Source: Vicinamibacteria bacterium (GTDB lineage: Bacteria; Acidobacteriota; Vicinamibacteria; Marinacidobacterales; Marinacidobacteraceae). From it: DNA of 64,000 nucleotides. The stretch lies in the NCBI GenBank assembly GCA_963555995.3, contig OY821641.1, positions 2,848,001-2,912,000 of the forward strand. The letters are read 5' to 3'. A program made the position numbers and the translations under genes. The notes under the pieces were generated by a model. That model ran no database searches and was not told the origin of the DNA. It was given only the letters and a program-made list of their open reading frames with translations. This document shows positions 47,532 through 57,075 of this stretch, one piece after another. Positions within the stretch are counted from its first letter, which is position 1. Every line of letters begins with the position of its first letter.

Positions 47532-48493
47532 TCCGGCCCGTTCCCCCGGAGGGCCGCCCGGTGTTCGCTGCGGGTGATCGTGCGGGTCGCGATCGCCCGA
47601 AGGTTAGCCCCGGAGAGGCGGGCGGCCGCGTGCGCCGCCTGTTCCCGGCCGGGGAAGACGCCGAACACCGCCGAACCGCTTCCCGACATGGCGGTCTCCA
47701 GGGCTCCGGCCCCCTGCAGGGCGTTCCGCATCCGCGAAATGGCGTCGGGAGGCCGGGTCGTTTGCAGCACGGTGGACCGTTCGAGGTCGTTCGGAAAGCA
47801 TCCTGCGAGGAGCTCGCCACGGAGTTGGGGCCCCGAGGGACCCGACCCGAGAAACCGTACCAGACTATCGGCCCGTTCGGACCCACCCGCTCGGTGGGGC
47901 GGAGTCGGTGGCTCCGGCAGACCGCGGTAGGCGTCCGGGGTGGAGATGCCGAACTCCGGAATCAGCAGGACGAGCGGGAGTTCCGCGCCGCCGGCCAGCG
48001 GGAAGACGTGCTCGCCGCGGCCGGCGGCGAGCGCCAGCCCCCCGTAGAGGAAGTAGGGCGCGTCCATCCCGACCTCGGCCAACACCCGGTGCAGCACGCG
48101 GCGGCGCAGGCCGAGTCCGAACAGGCGGTTCAGACCGACGAGCGCCGCCGCGGCGTCCGAGCTTCCCCCGCCGAGGCCGCGGCCGGCCGGGATCGTCTTC
48201 CGCAGCCGGATGCGCGCGCCGGGGAGACGCCGGCCGAGCAGTTTCTCGAGCCGCAGCGCGGCGCGAAGGACCAGGTTCGTCCGGTCGGTGGGGATGGAGG
48301 GGCTGTCGCACTCCAGTCGGAGCCCGTCTCCGCCGGGTTCGAAGGTGAGGGTGTCCCAGAGGTCCACGCCGGCCAGCAGGGTGCGGACGGCGTGGTAGCC
48401 GTCGGGCCGTCGGGCGAGGACGCGCAGTCCCAGGTTGATCTTGGCCGGAGTCCTGAGGTCCAGGCGGCGGGCAGTGCGATCCGGACCGGCCAC
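47510..48493 (-). CDS. ispE: 4-diphosphocytidyl-2-C-methyl-D-erythritol kinase
   Basis: PAKINL.L.V..RR.DGYH, IP.G.GLGGGSSDAAA, NDLE, MSGSGS.VFG. Confidence 0.94.
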   Translation of the reverse strand: MAGPDRTARRLDLRTPAKINLGLRVLARRPDGYHAVRTLLAGVDLWDTLTFEPGGDGLRLECDSPSIPTDRTNLVLRAALRLEKLLGRRLPGARIRLRKTIPAGRGLGGGSSDAAAALVGLNRLFGLGLRRRVLHRVLAEVGMDAPYFLYGGLALAAGRGEHVFPLAGGAELPLVLLIPEFGISTPDAYRGLPEPPTPPHRAGGSERADSLVRFLGSGPSGPQLRGELLAGCFPNDLERSTVLQTTRPPDAISRMRNALQGAGALETAMSGSGSAVFGVFPGREQAAHAAARLSGANLRAIATRTITRSEHRAALRGNGPDGAWPRG

Positions 48494-48507
48494 GGCGAAC
48501 CCTCCGC

Positions 48508-49338
48508 TCAGCGCTCCGGCAGCCTCGAGGCCCGGCTCAGTTCGCGGACCTCCGCCCGCCGGTAGCCGGGGGGCGTCCGCACCTGGAAAGAATCGGGGTG
48601 CAGAGCGGCGTTGACCTCCAGCTCCTCGACCGTCAGGGTGGCGCGCAGGGCTTCGGATACGACCTCCACGAGGCGGGGCACCTGGCGTCGCTGCCGCCGG
48701 TAGCGGCCGGGGTAGCGTGCCTCGTAGCCCGGGGCCACGACGCGGCGCACCTGGCCGCCGTCCGCCGGGTCGTCCCACCAGATCTCGGCCCCGTTCCCGA
48801 GGACAGCGGACCCGTTCGCCGGGAGCGACCGGAGATTCTCCGGCCCTCCTACCGGAGTACCGCTCCCGACCAGGAGAGCGGCGATCGCCTCGCGCCCCAC
48901 GGAGACGCCCAGCAGCGGTCCCGTGAACTCCTCCATTTCCTCTCCTTCCGCGAACGCGCTCTCTCCGGGCACCACGAGGCGCGCCTCGCCCGGGCTGGCC
49001 ACGAGCGTCCAGCGGGAGCCGCCGACCGGAGCGAAGAGCTCCAGGCGCATCGCCTCGACGCCTTCGGGGTCCGCGCCCCCGGACGGACGGGCGAACACCA
49101 CCAGCAGGCGTCCCGAGAAGCGGCCGCGCTCCCCTTCGCCGCGAAGGTGAACGACGGCCTGATACCGCCGCACCCCCGCGGCCAGCCGGGCCGTCTCGTC
49201 CAGCAGCCGAACCGCCGCGCTCTCGTCGAGGGGCGCCGCCGGGACCCGGACCGTCCGGGCGGCGCAACCCAGGGAAGCGGCGAGGCCGCAGAAGATCGCC
49301 AGTCGCAGCGCCCCGGCGCAGGGACGGAGGTGGCCGAT
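48508..49338 (-). CDS. Putative lipoprotein, LolB-like by position; start codon unresolved
   Basis: Open frame extends 5' of GTG 49173 through a hydrophobic stretch and lipobox (LAIFCGLAASLG-C); lies between the TPR gene and ispE, where lolB is commonly found. Confidence 0.55.
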   Translation of the reverse strand: MGHLRPCAGALRLAIFCGLAASLGCAARTVRVPAAPLDESAAVRLLDETARLAAGVRRYQAVVHLRGEGERGRFSGRLLVVFARPSGGADPEGVEAMRLELFAPVGGSRWTLVASPGEARLVVPGESAFAEGEEMEEFTGPLLGVSVGREAIAALLVGSGTPVGGPENLRSLPANGSAVLGNGAEIWWDDPADGGQVRRVVAPGYEARYPGRYRRQRRQVPRLVEVVSEALRATLTVEELEVNAALHPDSFQVRTPPGYRRAEVRELSRASRLPER

Positions 49339-49375
49339 TCGCGGACGCTCCGGGGCAGCCGGAACCGCCGCCGTC

Positions 49376-51403
49376 CTAGTCCGGATCGTTACCGGCTTCC
49401 TCGATTTTTCGGGCGATCACCTCGCGTTCGAGTTCCTGGTCGCCGTCGTGCTGGAGGGCCATCCGCCAGAAGCGGACCGCTTCCTCGGCGTTTCCCTTCG
49501 CCCGGTAGAGGTCTCCGAGGTGGTCGAGGACCACGCTGTTCTCCGGCATGCACTGCCGGGCCCGCAGCAGGTTGGGTTCCGCCAGGTTCAGGTCGCCCTG
49601 CCGGAACTGCACCCAGCCGAGACTGTCGAGGTAGGAACCGTTGTACGGGTCCTCCGCGAGCGCCCGCTGGATCAGGTCCTCGGATTCCTCCAGCCGGTCG
49701 TTCCGGTCGGCGAGCATGTATCCGAGATAGTTGAGCGCGAGGTCGTGGCCGGGCTCCGCCGCGATCACCCGGCGGAACTCCGCCTCCGCCTCCTCGAGCC
49801 TTCCCTGCCGCTCCAGCAGGGCGCCGAGCTGAAACCGGAAGTCCGGGTCATCCGCCCGCTCCGCGAGCCAGTCGCGGGTGATCCGCTCCGCGACCGGCAG
49901 GTCGCCCCGTTCGACGTGATGGCGGACCAGCGCGTGCACCGCTCCCCCCGTCTCGGGATACTCGGCCACCAGGGCCCTGAGGATGCCAAGCGCGGCGTCG
50001 CTCCGGCCGCCCGCGTTCAGCACCCGGGCCTGGAGCGCGAGCAGGCCCGGTTCCCCCGGCCGATCCGCGATCAGCGCTTCGACCAGCACGGCTGCTTCGT
50101 CGGGCTGGCCGGCCGCCACCCGATTCTGCACGAGGGCCACCCGATACCGGAAAGCCTCGACACTGTCCCCGGAGAGCCGGAAGGCTTCGTCGAGCGCGTC
50201 GTACGCCTCCTCGTACTCTCCGAGGTGCTCCAGCGCCTGCGCGAGTCGGGCGAGGGTTTCACGGCGGTGGCGGGAGCCGTAGGAGTCCCGGGGGAGCGCC
50301 ACCACCGCCTGGAACTCCTCGGCCGCCCTGGCGTACTCGCAGCGGGTGGCGAAGACGCCGCCGAGCGCCATTCGCGCCGGGACGCTCCGGCTGTTCTCCT
50401 CCAGCAGCCGCAGCAGGGCCGCTTCCGCATCTTCGAGCCGACGCTGCTGCCTCCGCACCATCGCCAGACCCATCAGGGCGATTTCGCTGCGGGGCTCCGC
50501 CGCCAGGATCCGTTCGAAGGCCTCGGCGGCGGCCTCCAGCCGACCCAGGCGGGCCAGGCCGTCCGCGAGGGACAGGCGGAGCGCCTGATCGTCGGGATGG
50601 TCGCTGGACCCCTTCTCGTAGACGGCGACGACCTCGGCGAGGGCTTCGTCGGGCGCCCGGCCCGGGATCCCGCGGTCGCGCAGGAGATCGTCCACCATCT
50701 CCCGCGCCTCCGGCTGGCGCGGCTCGATGCGCAGCGACTCAAGCAGGTAGTCGAACGCCTGCTCCCGGTCTCCGGCGGACAGGCGGAGTTGCGCGAGCAG
50801 CAGCAACTCGCTGTAAGCGTCCGGCGCGCGGCGCAAGATCTCGCGAAGATGCGTCGCCGCTTCCTCGCCGCGTTGCAGGGCGGCGAGCAGCCGAGCCAAT
50901 TGGGAGCGGCTCCCGAGGTCCTCGGGGTCGAGGCGGACCGCCGCGCTCAGCGAAGCGACCGCGCGCTCCGCGGCCTCGGGATCGTCCCCGGACCGGAGGC
51001 GGCGGAAGTGCACCGCGCCGAGCGCCCGGTGGGCGGCGGCGGCGTCCGGGTTCCGCTCCACCGCTTCCGCGGCGGCCGCTTCCGCGGCCTCCAGGTCGCG
51101 GGCGGAGAGGCTGAGGTTGGCGATTTCAATGAGCGGATCCACCGCCTGGACATCGAGTTCGGCCGCCCGCCGGTAGGCGGCGATCGCCTCGTCACGCTCC
51201 CCGGACATCTGCGCGATCCGGCCCTCGCCGAACACCCGGTAGGCCTCGGCGACCGGATCCACCGCGACCGGATCGTCGGCGGCGTCCTCGGCTTCGGCCT
51301 GCCCCGGGGCTTCCTCGGCGGAAACGGGTTCCTGGGCGCCGGCGGTTCTCACGGGGAACGTCACGAGAAGCGCCAGCAGCGCCCACAGGGCCATCCGGTA
51401 CAT
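49376..51403 (-). CDS. Secreted tetratricopeptide-repeat protein
   Basis: Signal peptide MYRMALWALLALLV; many TPR-like helices; C-terminal ALNYLGYMLA...YLDSLGWV...DHLGD.Y. Confidence 0.88.
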   Translation of the reverse strand: MYRMALWALLALLVTFPVRTAGAQEPVSAEEAPGQAEAEDAADDPVAVDPVAEAYRVFGEGRIAQMSGERDEAIAAYRRAAELDVQAVDPLIEIANLSLSARDLEAAEAAAAEAVERNPDAAAAHRALGAVHFRRLRSGDDPEAAERAVASLSAAVRLDPEDLGSRSQLARLLAALQRGEEAATHLREILRRAPDAYSELLLLAQLRLSAGDREQAFDYLLESLRIEPRQPEAREMVDDLLRDRGIPGRAPDEALAEVVAVYEKGSSDHPDDQALRLSLADGLARLGRLEAAAEAFERILAAEPRSEIALMGLAMVRRQQRRLEDAEAALLRLLEENSRSVPARMALGGVFATRCEYARAAEEFQAVVALPRDSYGSRHRRETLARLAQALEHLGEYEEAYDALDEAFRLSGDSVEAFRYRVALVQNRVAAGQPDEAAVLVEALIADRPGEPGLLALQARVLNAGGRSDAALGILRALVAEYPETGGAVHALVRHHVERGDLPVAERITRDWLAERADDPDFRFQLGALLERQGRLEEAEAEFRRVIAAEPGHDLALNYLGYMLADRNDRLEESEDLIQRALAEDPYNGSYLDSLGWVQFRQGDLNLAEPNLLRARQCMPENSVVLDHLGDLYRAKGNAEEAVRFWRMALQHDGDQELEREVIARKIEEAGNDPD

Positions 51404-51437
51404 GGACCGGGAATTTATCGCTGCCGGAAGGCGCACA

Positions 51438-51610
51438 CGGCTTGGAACGCCGGCTTCAGCCGGCACCCGCTGCGCAAAGCGCAGCGGACTGCACGACGCT
51501 ACGCCGCGCGATGGCGTTCGGCTCTCGGTCCATCACCGCGAATAGCGGCGGGACATCCGCGGGCCTTCGGCCCGCTGTGCCGGCTGAAGCCGGCGTTCCA
51601 GGCCGGCGGC
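51438..51610. repeat. REPIN-like inverted pair (family B1)
   Basis: cggcttggaacgccggcttcagccggcacccgctgcgc ... gccggctgaagccggcgttccaggccggcggc. Confidence 0.75.
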
Positions 51611-51641
51611 GTCATGCGGGCTCGGAGCGTACCGTGGGTCC

Positions 51642-53225
51642 TCAATGACGGAAGTGCCGCGCGCCGGTGAAGACCATGGCCAGGTTCCGCTCGTCGGCGG
51701 CGGCGATGACCTCCTGGTCCCTGACGGAGCCGCCGGGCTGGATCACCGCGGTGATCCCGGCGTCGGCCAGCACCTCGAGCCCGTCGGCGAACGGGAAGAA
51801 CGCGTCCGACGCCGCGACGGCGCCCTCGACCGGGGACTGGGCCTTCCCGATCGCGAGCCGGCAGGAGTCGAGGCGGCTCATCTGGCCGGCGCCCACCCCC
51901 AGCAGGGCGCTGCCCCGCCCCACCACGATGGCGTTCGACTTCACGTGCTTCGCGGCCTGCCAGACGAACCGCAGGCCCTCCCATTCGACCTCCGACGGCT
52001 CCCGGCGGGTGGCCACCCGGTACGCCGACTCCTCGTCGCCGCGGTCCCAGTCCTGGACCAGCAGGCCGCCCGCCACCCGGGCGAAAGTGCGCCCTCCGGG
52101 CGCGAAACCCCGCAGGTCCCTCATCTCGATCAGCCGGAGGTTCTTCTTCCGCCGCAGCCGGGCGAAGGCGTCCGGATGGAACGACGGGGCGGCAATGGCC
52201 TCCAGGAAGGTCGAGGCCATCTCCTTCGCGGTGTCCAGATCCACCTCGCAGCTCAGCGCCACGATGCCGCCGAAGGCGGACACCGGATCGGTGGCGCGCG
52301 CGGCCCGGTACGCCTCCACCAGCGTGCCCGCGACCGCGGCGCCGGCGGGGTTCGAATGCTTGATGATCGCCGCGGCGGCTTCGCTGTCCTCGCGGGAGTT
52401 CGCCAGGTCGGCGACCAGCCGCACGGCGGCATCGAGATCCAGGATGTTGTTGTAGGAGAGCTCCTTGCCGTGGAGCTTCCGGGCGCCCGGGATTCCGGCG
52501 GGTCCGGTTCCCGGATCGCGATAGAGCGCGGCCGTCTGGTGCGGGTTCTCCCCGTAGCGGAGTTCGGCCACCCGCGCGAACTCGAGCGACACCCGCTCGG
52601 GGAAATCCTCCCCGGCGCCGCCTCCGGCGAACGAACCCGCGACCGCCCGGTCGTAGGCCGCGGTCGCGGCGAACGCCGCGCCCGCCAACCGGCGGCGCAG
52701 CGCGTGGCCGGCGCCTGGGTCGGGATCGTCGAGGGCGGCGAGCACGCCCGGGTACTCGCCGGGGTCCACGACCACCGTCACGTCGGGCCAGTTCTTGGCC
52801 GCCGCCCGAACGAGGCAGGGGCCGCCGATGTCAATGTTCTCCCTCAGCTCGTCGTCCCCGGCGCCCCGGGCGAGGGTCTCCTCGAAGGGATAGAAGTTGA
52901 CCGCGACCACGTCAATGGGCCGGATGCCCAGCGACTCGAGCGACTCGAGATCGTCCGGACGCGAGCGCCGCGCGAGGATGCCGCCGTGGATGCGCGGATG
53001 GAGGGTCTTGACGCGGCCGTCGAGGATCTCGGGATGTCCGGTGACCTCGGAGACATCGAGCACCGCGATGCCGGAGTCCCGGAGAAAACGCGCCGTGCCG
53101 CCGCTGGCCACGATCTCGAAACCGCGCTCGAACAGCCCCCGGGCGAAGGCGTCGAGGCCCTCCTTGCGGCTAACGCTGAGCAGGGCGCGGCGCGGGTGGT
53201 TGCCGGGGTCTTGCGAATCACTCAT
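51642..53225 (-). CDS. purH: AICAR transformylase / IMP cyclohydrolase
   Basis: GRVKTLHP, ENIDIGGP, LRYGENPHQ, KSNAIV, ASDAFFPF, RHFRH. Confidence 0.98.
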   Translation of the reverse strand: MSDSQDPGNHPRRALLSVSRKEGLDAFARGLFERGFEIVASGGTARFLRDSGIAVLDVSEVTGHPEILDGRVKTLHPRIHGGILARRSRPDDLESLESLGIRPIDVVAVNFYPFEETLARGAGDDELRENIDIGGPCLVRAAAKNWPDVTVVVDPGEYPGVLAALDDPDPGAGHALRRRLAGAAFAATAAYDRAVAGSFAGGGAGEDFPERVSLEFARVAELRYGENPHQTAALYRDPGTGPAGIPGARKLHGKELSYNNILDLDAAVRLVADLANSREDSEAAAAIIKHSNPAGAAVAGTLVEAYRAARATDPVSAFGGIVALSCEVDLDTAKEMASTFLEAIAAPSFHPDAFARLRRKKNLRLIEMRDLRGFAPGGRTFARVAGGLLVQDWDRGDEESAYRVATRREPSEVEWEGLRFVWQAAKHVKSNAIVVGRGSALLGVGAGQMSRLDSCRLAIGKAQSPVEGAVAASDAFFPFADGLEVLADAGITAVIQPGGSVRDQEVIAAADERNLAMVFTGARHFRH

Positions 53226-53320
53226 GGGCCGGAAGGCGGCGGATGCTAGCAGGGGTCCGGGACCCCATGAGTACTCTTGGAAGCCCTCGCCAGATTTCCG
53301 TATGGCGGCGGCCTGATCCC

Positions 53321-54757
53321 GTGTCCGAAAGCCAACCGAGAGCCCTCGCGCAGCTCCCCGCGGTGGGCAGGCTTCTCGAGACCGCGCGCTTCCGGAACCT
53401 CGCCGATCGCTTCGGGAGACCGCTCGTCACCGCCGCGCTGCGGACCGAGATTTCGGACCTTCGCCGGGCGGTGCGCGCGGCGGCCGTTCCGGCAGGCTTC
53501 TCCTCGGGTCCCGAAGCCTGGCTCGCCGCGGCGGTGGAGTCGCGGCTCGACCGGGCGGCCGGGCCCGACCTCCGGCGGGTGATCAACGCCACCGGGGTGG
53601 TCGTCCACACCAACCTGGGGAGGGCGCCGCTCTCCGAGCGCGCCGCGCAGGCCGTTTTCCGCGCCGCGAGCGGCTATTCCGATCTCGAGTTCGATCTCGA
53701 ATCCGGCGGCCGGGGGAGCCGCCAGGAACACCTCGGCGGTCTCTTTGAAGCCATGTTCCCGGGAAGGGCCTCGGCGGTCACCGGGAACGCCGCCGGAGGG
53801 GTGCTGCTGGCGCTCGACACCCTCGCCGCCGGGAAGGACGTGGTGGTGTCCCGGGGGGAACTGGTCGAGATCGGCGATTCCTTCCGGATCCCCGACATCC
53901 TGAAGAAGAGCGGCGCGCGGCTTGTCGAGGTCGGAACGACCAACCGGACGCGGATCGCCGACTACCGGCGGGCCATCGCGGAGAGCGAAGGAGAGGTCGG
54001 CGCGCTGCTCAAGGTGCATCAGTCCAACTTCCGGATCGTCGGCTTCACCGAGGCGGCGCCCACCGCCGACCTCGTGGCGCTGGGAGCGGAGTTCGGGATC
54101 CCCGTCATCGAGGATTTCGGCAGCGGCAACCTGCAACCCCTGGCCGAACTCGGAGCGGAGGGCGCCGGGGACGAACCGACGCTCGCCGACCGGGTCGCGT
54201 CGGGCGCGGACCTCGTCATCTTCTCGGGAGACAAGCTGTTCGGAGGACCGCAGGCGGGAGTCCTGCTGGGGACCCCGGAGGCGATCCGCGCCTGCCGCCG
54301 GAACCCGCTCGCGCGGGCGCTCCGCCCCGACAAGATGGCCATCGCCGGGCTCCAGGCGACGCTCTGGAGCCACCTGACCGGACGCGCCCGCCGCGAGGTC
54401 CCGGTGATCCGCGCCATCGCGCGTCCGCTCGAGGAGATTGCGGCGGCCGCGGAACGCCTGCGCGACTCCATCGGGCCTGCCGGAGGCTGGAATGTGGAAG
54501 TGGTTGCGGAGACTTCCCGCATCGGGGGCGGAGCGGCTCCGGGAGCGGGCCTGCCGACCCGCTGCCTGGCTCTCTCCCGCACCGGAAGCGAGGCGGAAGC
54601 GCTCCGCCGGCGGCTCCTCCGGAACGACCCGCCGGTGGTCGCCCGCATCGTGGACGACCGCGTGCTCCTCGACCTGCGCACCGTGCCGCCGGAAGAACAG
54701 GACGAGCTGCGGGCGGCCCTCCAGTCCCTGGTGGAAGGGCCTGATTCCCCGGGCTGA
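53321..54757 (+). CDS. selA: L-seryl-tRNA(Sec) selenium transferase
   Basis: RVINATGVVVHTNLGRAPL, SRGELVEIG.SFRIPD, EVGTTNRT, FSGDKLFGGPQAG (PLP Lys); start could be ATG 53267. Confidence 0.93.
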   Translation: MSESQPRALAQLPAVGRLLETARFRNLADRFGRPLVTAALRTEISDLRRAVRAAAVPAGFSSGPEAWLAAAVESRLDRAAGPDLRRVINATGVVVHTNLGRAPLSERAAQAVFRAASGYSDLEFDLESGGRGSRQEHLGGLFEAMFPGRASAVTGNAAGGVLLALDTLAAGKDVVVSRGELVEIGDSFRIPDILKKSGARLVEVGTTNRTRIADYRRAIAESEGEVGALLKVHQSNFRIVGFTEAAPTADLVALGAEFGIPVIEDFGSGNLQPLAELGAEGAGDEPTLADRVASGADLVIFSGDKLFGGPQAGVLLGTPEAIRACRRNPLARALRPDKMAIAGLQATLWSHLTGRARREVPVIRAIARPLEEIAAAAERLRDSIGPAGGWNVEVVAETSRIGGGAAPGAGLPTRCLALSRTGSEAEALRRRLLRNDPPVVARIVDDRVLLDLRTVPPEEQDELRAALQSLVEGPDSPG

Positions 54758-54796
54758 ATCCGGCCCATCCACAAAGTACCCTTCCCGGACCGCCGC

Positions 54797-55048
54797 ATGA
54801 TTCCCGCCCACGAACGATCCGGCCAGGTCGCTTCCGCGAACCCGGCCGGCGTCCTGTTCATCAACGGGAAGGAGCGCGCGCTGCCGCAGCCGGCCTCGGT
54901 GCGGGGCGCCCTCGCGGCGCTCGGGCTCCTGAGCCGCCCGGTCGCGGTCGAGCTCAACGGGAGCCTGGTGCGCCGCGCCGACCAGGAGACCACTGCGCTG
55001 AAGCCCGGGGACCGCGTGGAGATCGTCAGCTTCGTGGGCGGTGGCTGA
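54797..55048 (+). CDS. thiS: Sulfur carrier protein ThiS
   Basis: ING...VAVELNG..V...L.PGD.VEIV.FVGGG C-terminus. Confidence 0.9.
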   Translation: MIPAHERSGQVASANPAGVLFINGKERALPQPASVRGALAALGLLSRPVAVELNGSLVRRADQETTALKPGDRVEIVSFVGGG

Positions 55049-55832
55049 AGTGACGTCGGTCGAAGACGCCCCGCTCTCGCTGGGCGGGCGCACCTTCGGG
55101 TCCCGCCTGATCCTCGGCACCGGCAAGTACGCGTCGCTGCCGCTGATGCGGGACTGTCACGCCGCCTCCGGGTGCGAGATGGTGACGGTCGCCGTCCGCC
55201 GGGTGGACCTCGACGCCGAGGAGACCCTCCTCGACTACATCCCGCGGGATCGCTACACCCTGCTCCCGAACACCGCCGACTGCTTCACTGCCCGGGAAGC
55301 GATCCGCACGGCGCAGCTCGCCCGCGAGGCGGGGCTCTCGAACTGGATCAAGCTGGAGGTGATCGGCGACCGGAAGACGCTCTATCCGGACAACGAGGAG
55401 CTCCTGATCGCGACCCGCGAACTGGTCGCCGACGGATTCGTGGTGCTTCCCTACACGAGCGACGACGTGGTGGTCGCTCAAAAGCTCGAGCAGGCCGGCG
55501 CCGCCGCGGTGATGCCGCTGGGAGCCCCCATCGGCTCCGGTCTCGGGATCCAGAACCGCAACAACATCGCGTTTATCCGCGAAGCGGTCTCGGTGCCGGT
55601 CATCGTGGACGCCGGCGTGGGAACCGCGTCCGACGTGACGGTGGCGATGGAGCTGGGCGCCGACGGAGTCCTCCTGAACACCGCGGTCGCGGCGGCGCGG
55701 GAGCCGGTGCAGATGGCCGAGGCGATGAAGCTCGCCGTCGAGGCCGGGCGGCTCTCCTGGCTCGCGGGACGGATGCCCCGCCGCCGCTATGCCACCGCGT
55801 CCTCGCCCCCGGCGGACGCGCCGCTCGCCTAG
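55041..55832 (+). CDS. thiG: Thiazole synthase
   Basis: SRL.LGTGKY, LPNTA.C, IKLEV, VMPL.APIGSG, VDAG.G. Confidence 0.96.
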   Translation: MAEVTSVEDAPLSLGGRTFGSRLILGTGKYASLPLMRDCHAASGCEMVTVAVRRVDLDAEETLLDYIPRDRYTLLPNTADCFTAREAIRTAQLAREAGLSNWIKLEVIGDRKTLYPDNEELLIATRELVADGFVVLPYTSDDVVVAQKLEQAGAAAVMPLGAPIGSGLGIQNRNNIAFIREAVSVPVIVDAGVGTASDVTVAMELGADGVLLNTAVAAAREPVQMAEAMKLAVEAGRLSWLAGRMPRRRYATASSPPADAPLA

Positions 55833-56602
55833 TGCCGCCCGCCTCCCGCAAGCAGGCCCGGGGCGCAGGGAACGAGCAGACCCCGGACAGCCAGGCCGCG
55901 GAGAGAGCCCTCAAGCGACGGGCGGGACGGATCGTCCGGGTGCTCGCCCGGGAGTACGACGCGGCCCAGTGCGCGCTCCTCCACGACTCGGCGCTCCAGT
56001 TGCTGATCGCCACCATCCTGTCCGCGCAGTGCACGGACAAGCGGGTGAACATGGTGACCCCGGCGCTCTTCGCCCGCTACCCGACGGCCGACGACTTCGC
56101 CGACGCCGACCCCGACGAGCTGGAGGAGAGGATCCATTCGACCGGTTTCTTCCGGAACAAGGCCCGTTCGATCATGGGGGCCTGCCAGCGCATCCGCGAC
56201 GATTTCGGCGGCGAGGTGCCGGACACCATGGAAGACCTCCTGACCCTTCCCGGCGTCGCGCGGAAGACCGCGAACGTCGTCCTCGGCACCTGGTTCGGCA
56301 AGAACGAAGGGGTGGTGGTGGACACCCACGTGTTCCGCATCTCGCATCGGCTGGGCCTCGCGCCCAGGAAGAACACGGCACACACCGAGCAGCGGCTCAT
56401 GGCGCTCGTCCCGCGCCGGGAATGGACCAACTTCAGCCACCGGGTGATCCTCCACGGTCGGGCCATCTGCGACGCCCGCAACCCGAAATGCAGGGAATGC
56501 GCGCTGGAGAGCATGTGTCCCCGGAACGGCGTCGAACCGCCGCCGTCGGAGCGCGTCCGGACTCCCGGCCGGCGGCGCGCGAGGCGCCCGGCCTCCGCAT
56601 GA
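55832..56602 (+). CDS. nth: Endonuclease III
   Basis: ILSAQCTD..VN, LPGV.RKTANV HhH, VDTHV, C-x6-C-x2-C-x5-C FeS motif. Confidence 0.95.
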   Translation: MPPASRKQARGAGNEQTPDSQAAERALKRRAGRIVRVLAREYDAAQCALLHDSALQLLIATILSAQCTDKRVNMVTPALFARYPTADDFADADPDELEERIHSTGFFRNKARSIMGACQRIRDDFGGEVPDTMEDLLTLPGVARKTANVVLGTWFGKNEGVVVDTHVFRISHRLGLAPRKNTAHTEQRLMALVPRREWTNFSHRVILHGRAICDARNPKCRECALESMCPRNGVEPPPSERVRTPGRRRARRPASA

Positions 56603-57075
56603 ATCCGTCGAAGACCCTCTATCTGGCCAATCCGTACGGCTTTTCCGAAGGACTGCGGGCGGGGCCGCTCGAGGAGCTGGTCCGCGCGCTGGAAGCGCTG
56701 GGCGCCGAGGTCTGGGAGCCCTTCGCCCGCAACAACCAGGTGGACCGGGCCGCCCCCGGGTGGGCGTACCGGATCGGCCAGGCCGACGTGCGGGACGTCC
56801 GGGACGCCGACGGCCTCTTCGCGGTGGTCAACGGTTGTCCTCCCGACGAAGGCGTGATGGTGGAACTCGGGATGGCCATCGCCTGGCGGAAGCCGGTGTT
56901 CCTGTTTCGCGACGATTTCCGGCGCTGTACGGACAGCGAGGAGTACCCGCTGAACCTGATGCTCTTCACCGGCCTGCCGGAGAACGACTGGGAGAACTTC
57001 TGGTACCGGTCCGTCGCGGAGATCGCCGACCCGGACAAGGCGCTCGCCCGCTGGCTGCGCGAGGAACCCGCCTGA
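56599..57075 (+). CDS. Nucleoside 2-deoxyribosyltransferase / nucleotide N-hydrolase family protein
   Basis: YLANP, D..D.L.A, DEG.MVELG.A.A..KPV and NLM motifs. Confidence 0.8.
   Translation: MNPSKTLYLANPYGFSEGLRAGPLEELVRALEALGAEVWEPFARNNQVDRAAPGWAYRIGQADVRDVRDADGLFAVVNGCPPDEGVMVELGMAIAWRKPVFLFRDDFRRCTDSEEYPLNLMLFTGLPENDWENFWYRSVAEIADPDKALARWLREEPA

Noticed and set aside
55040-55080. thiS TGA as a selenocysteine codon, given the nearby selA
   Set aside because: ThiS needs a free C-terminal Gly-Gly, the downstream sequence is the thiG start, and only a weak 4-bp hairpin follows.
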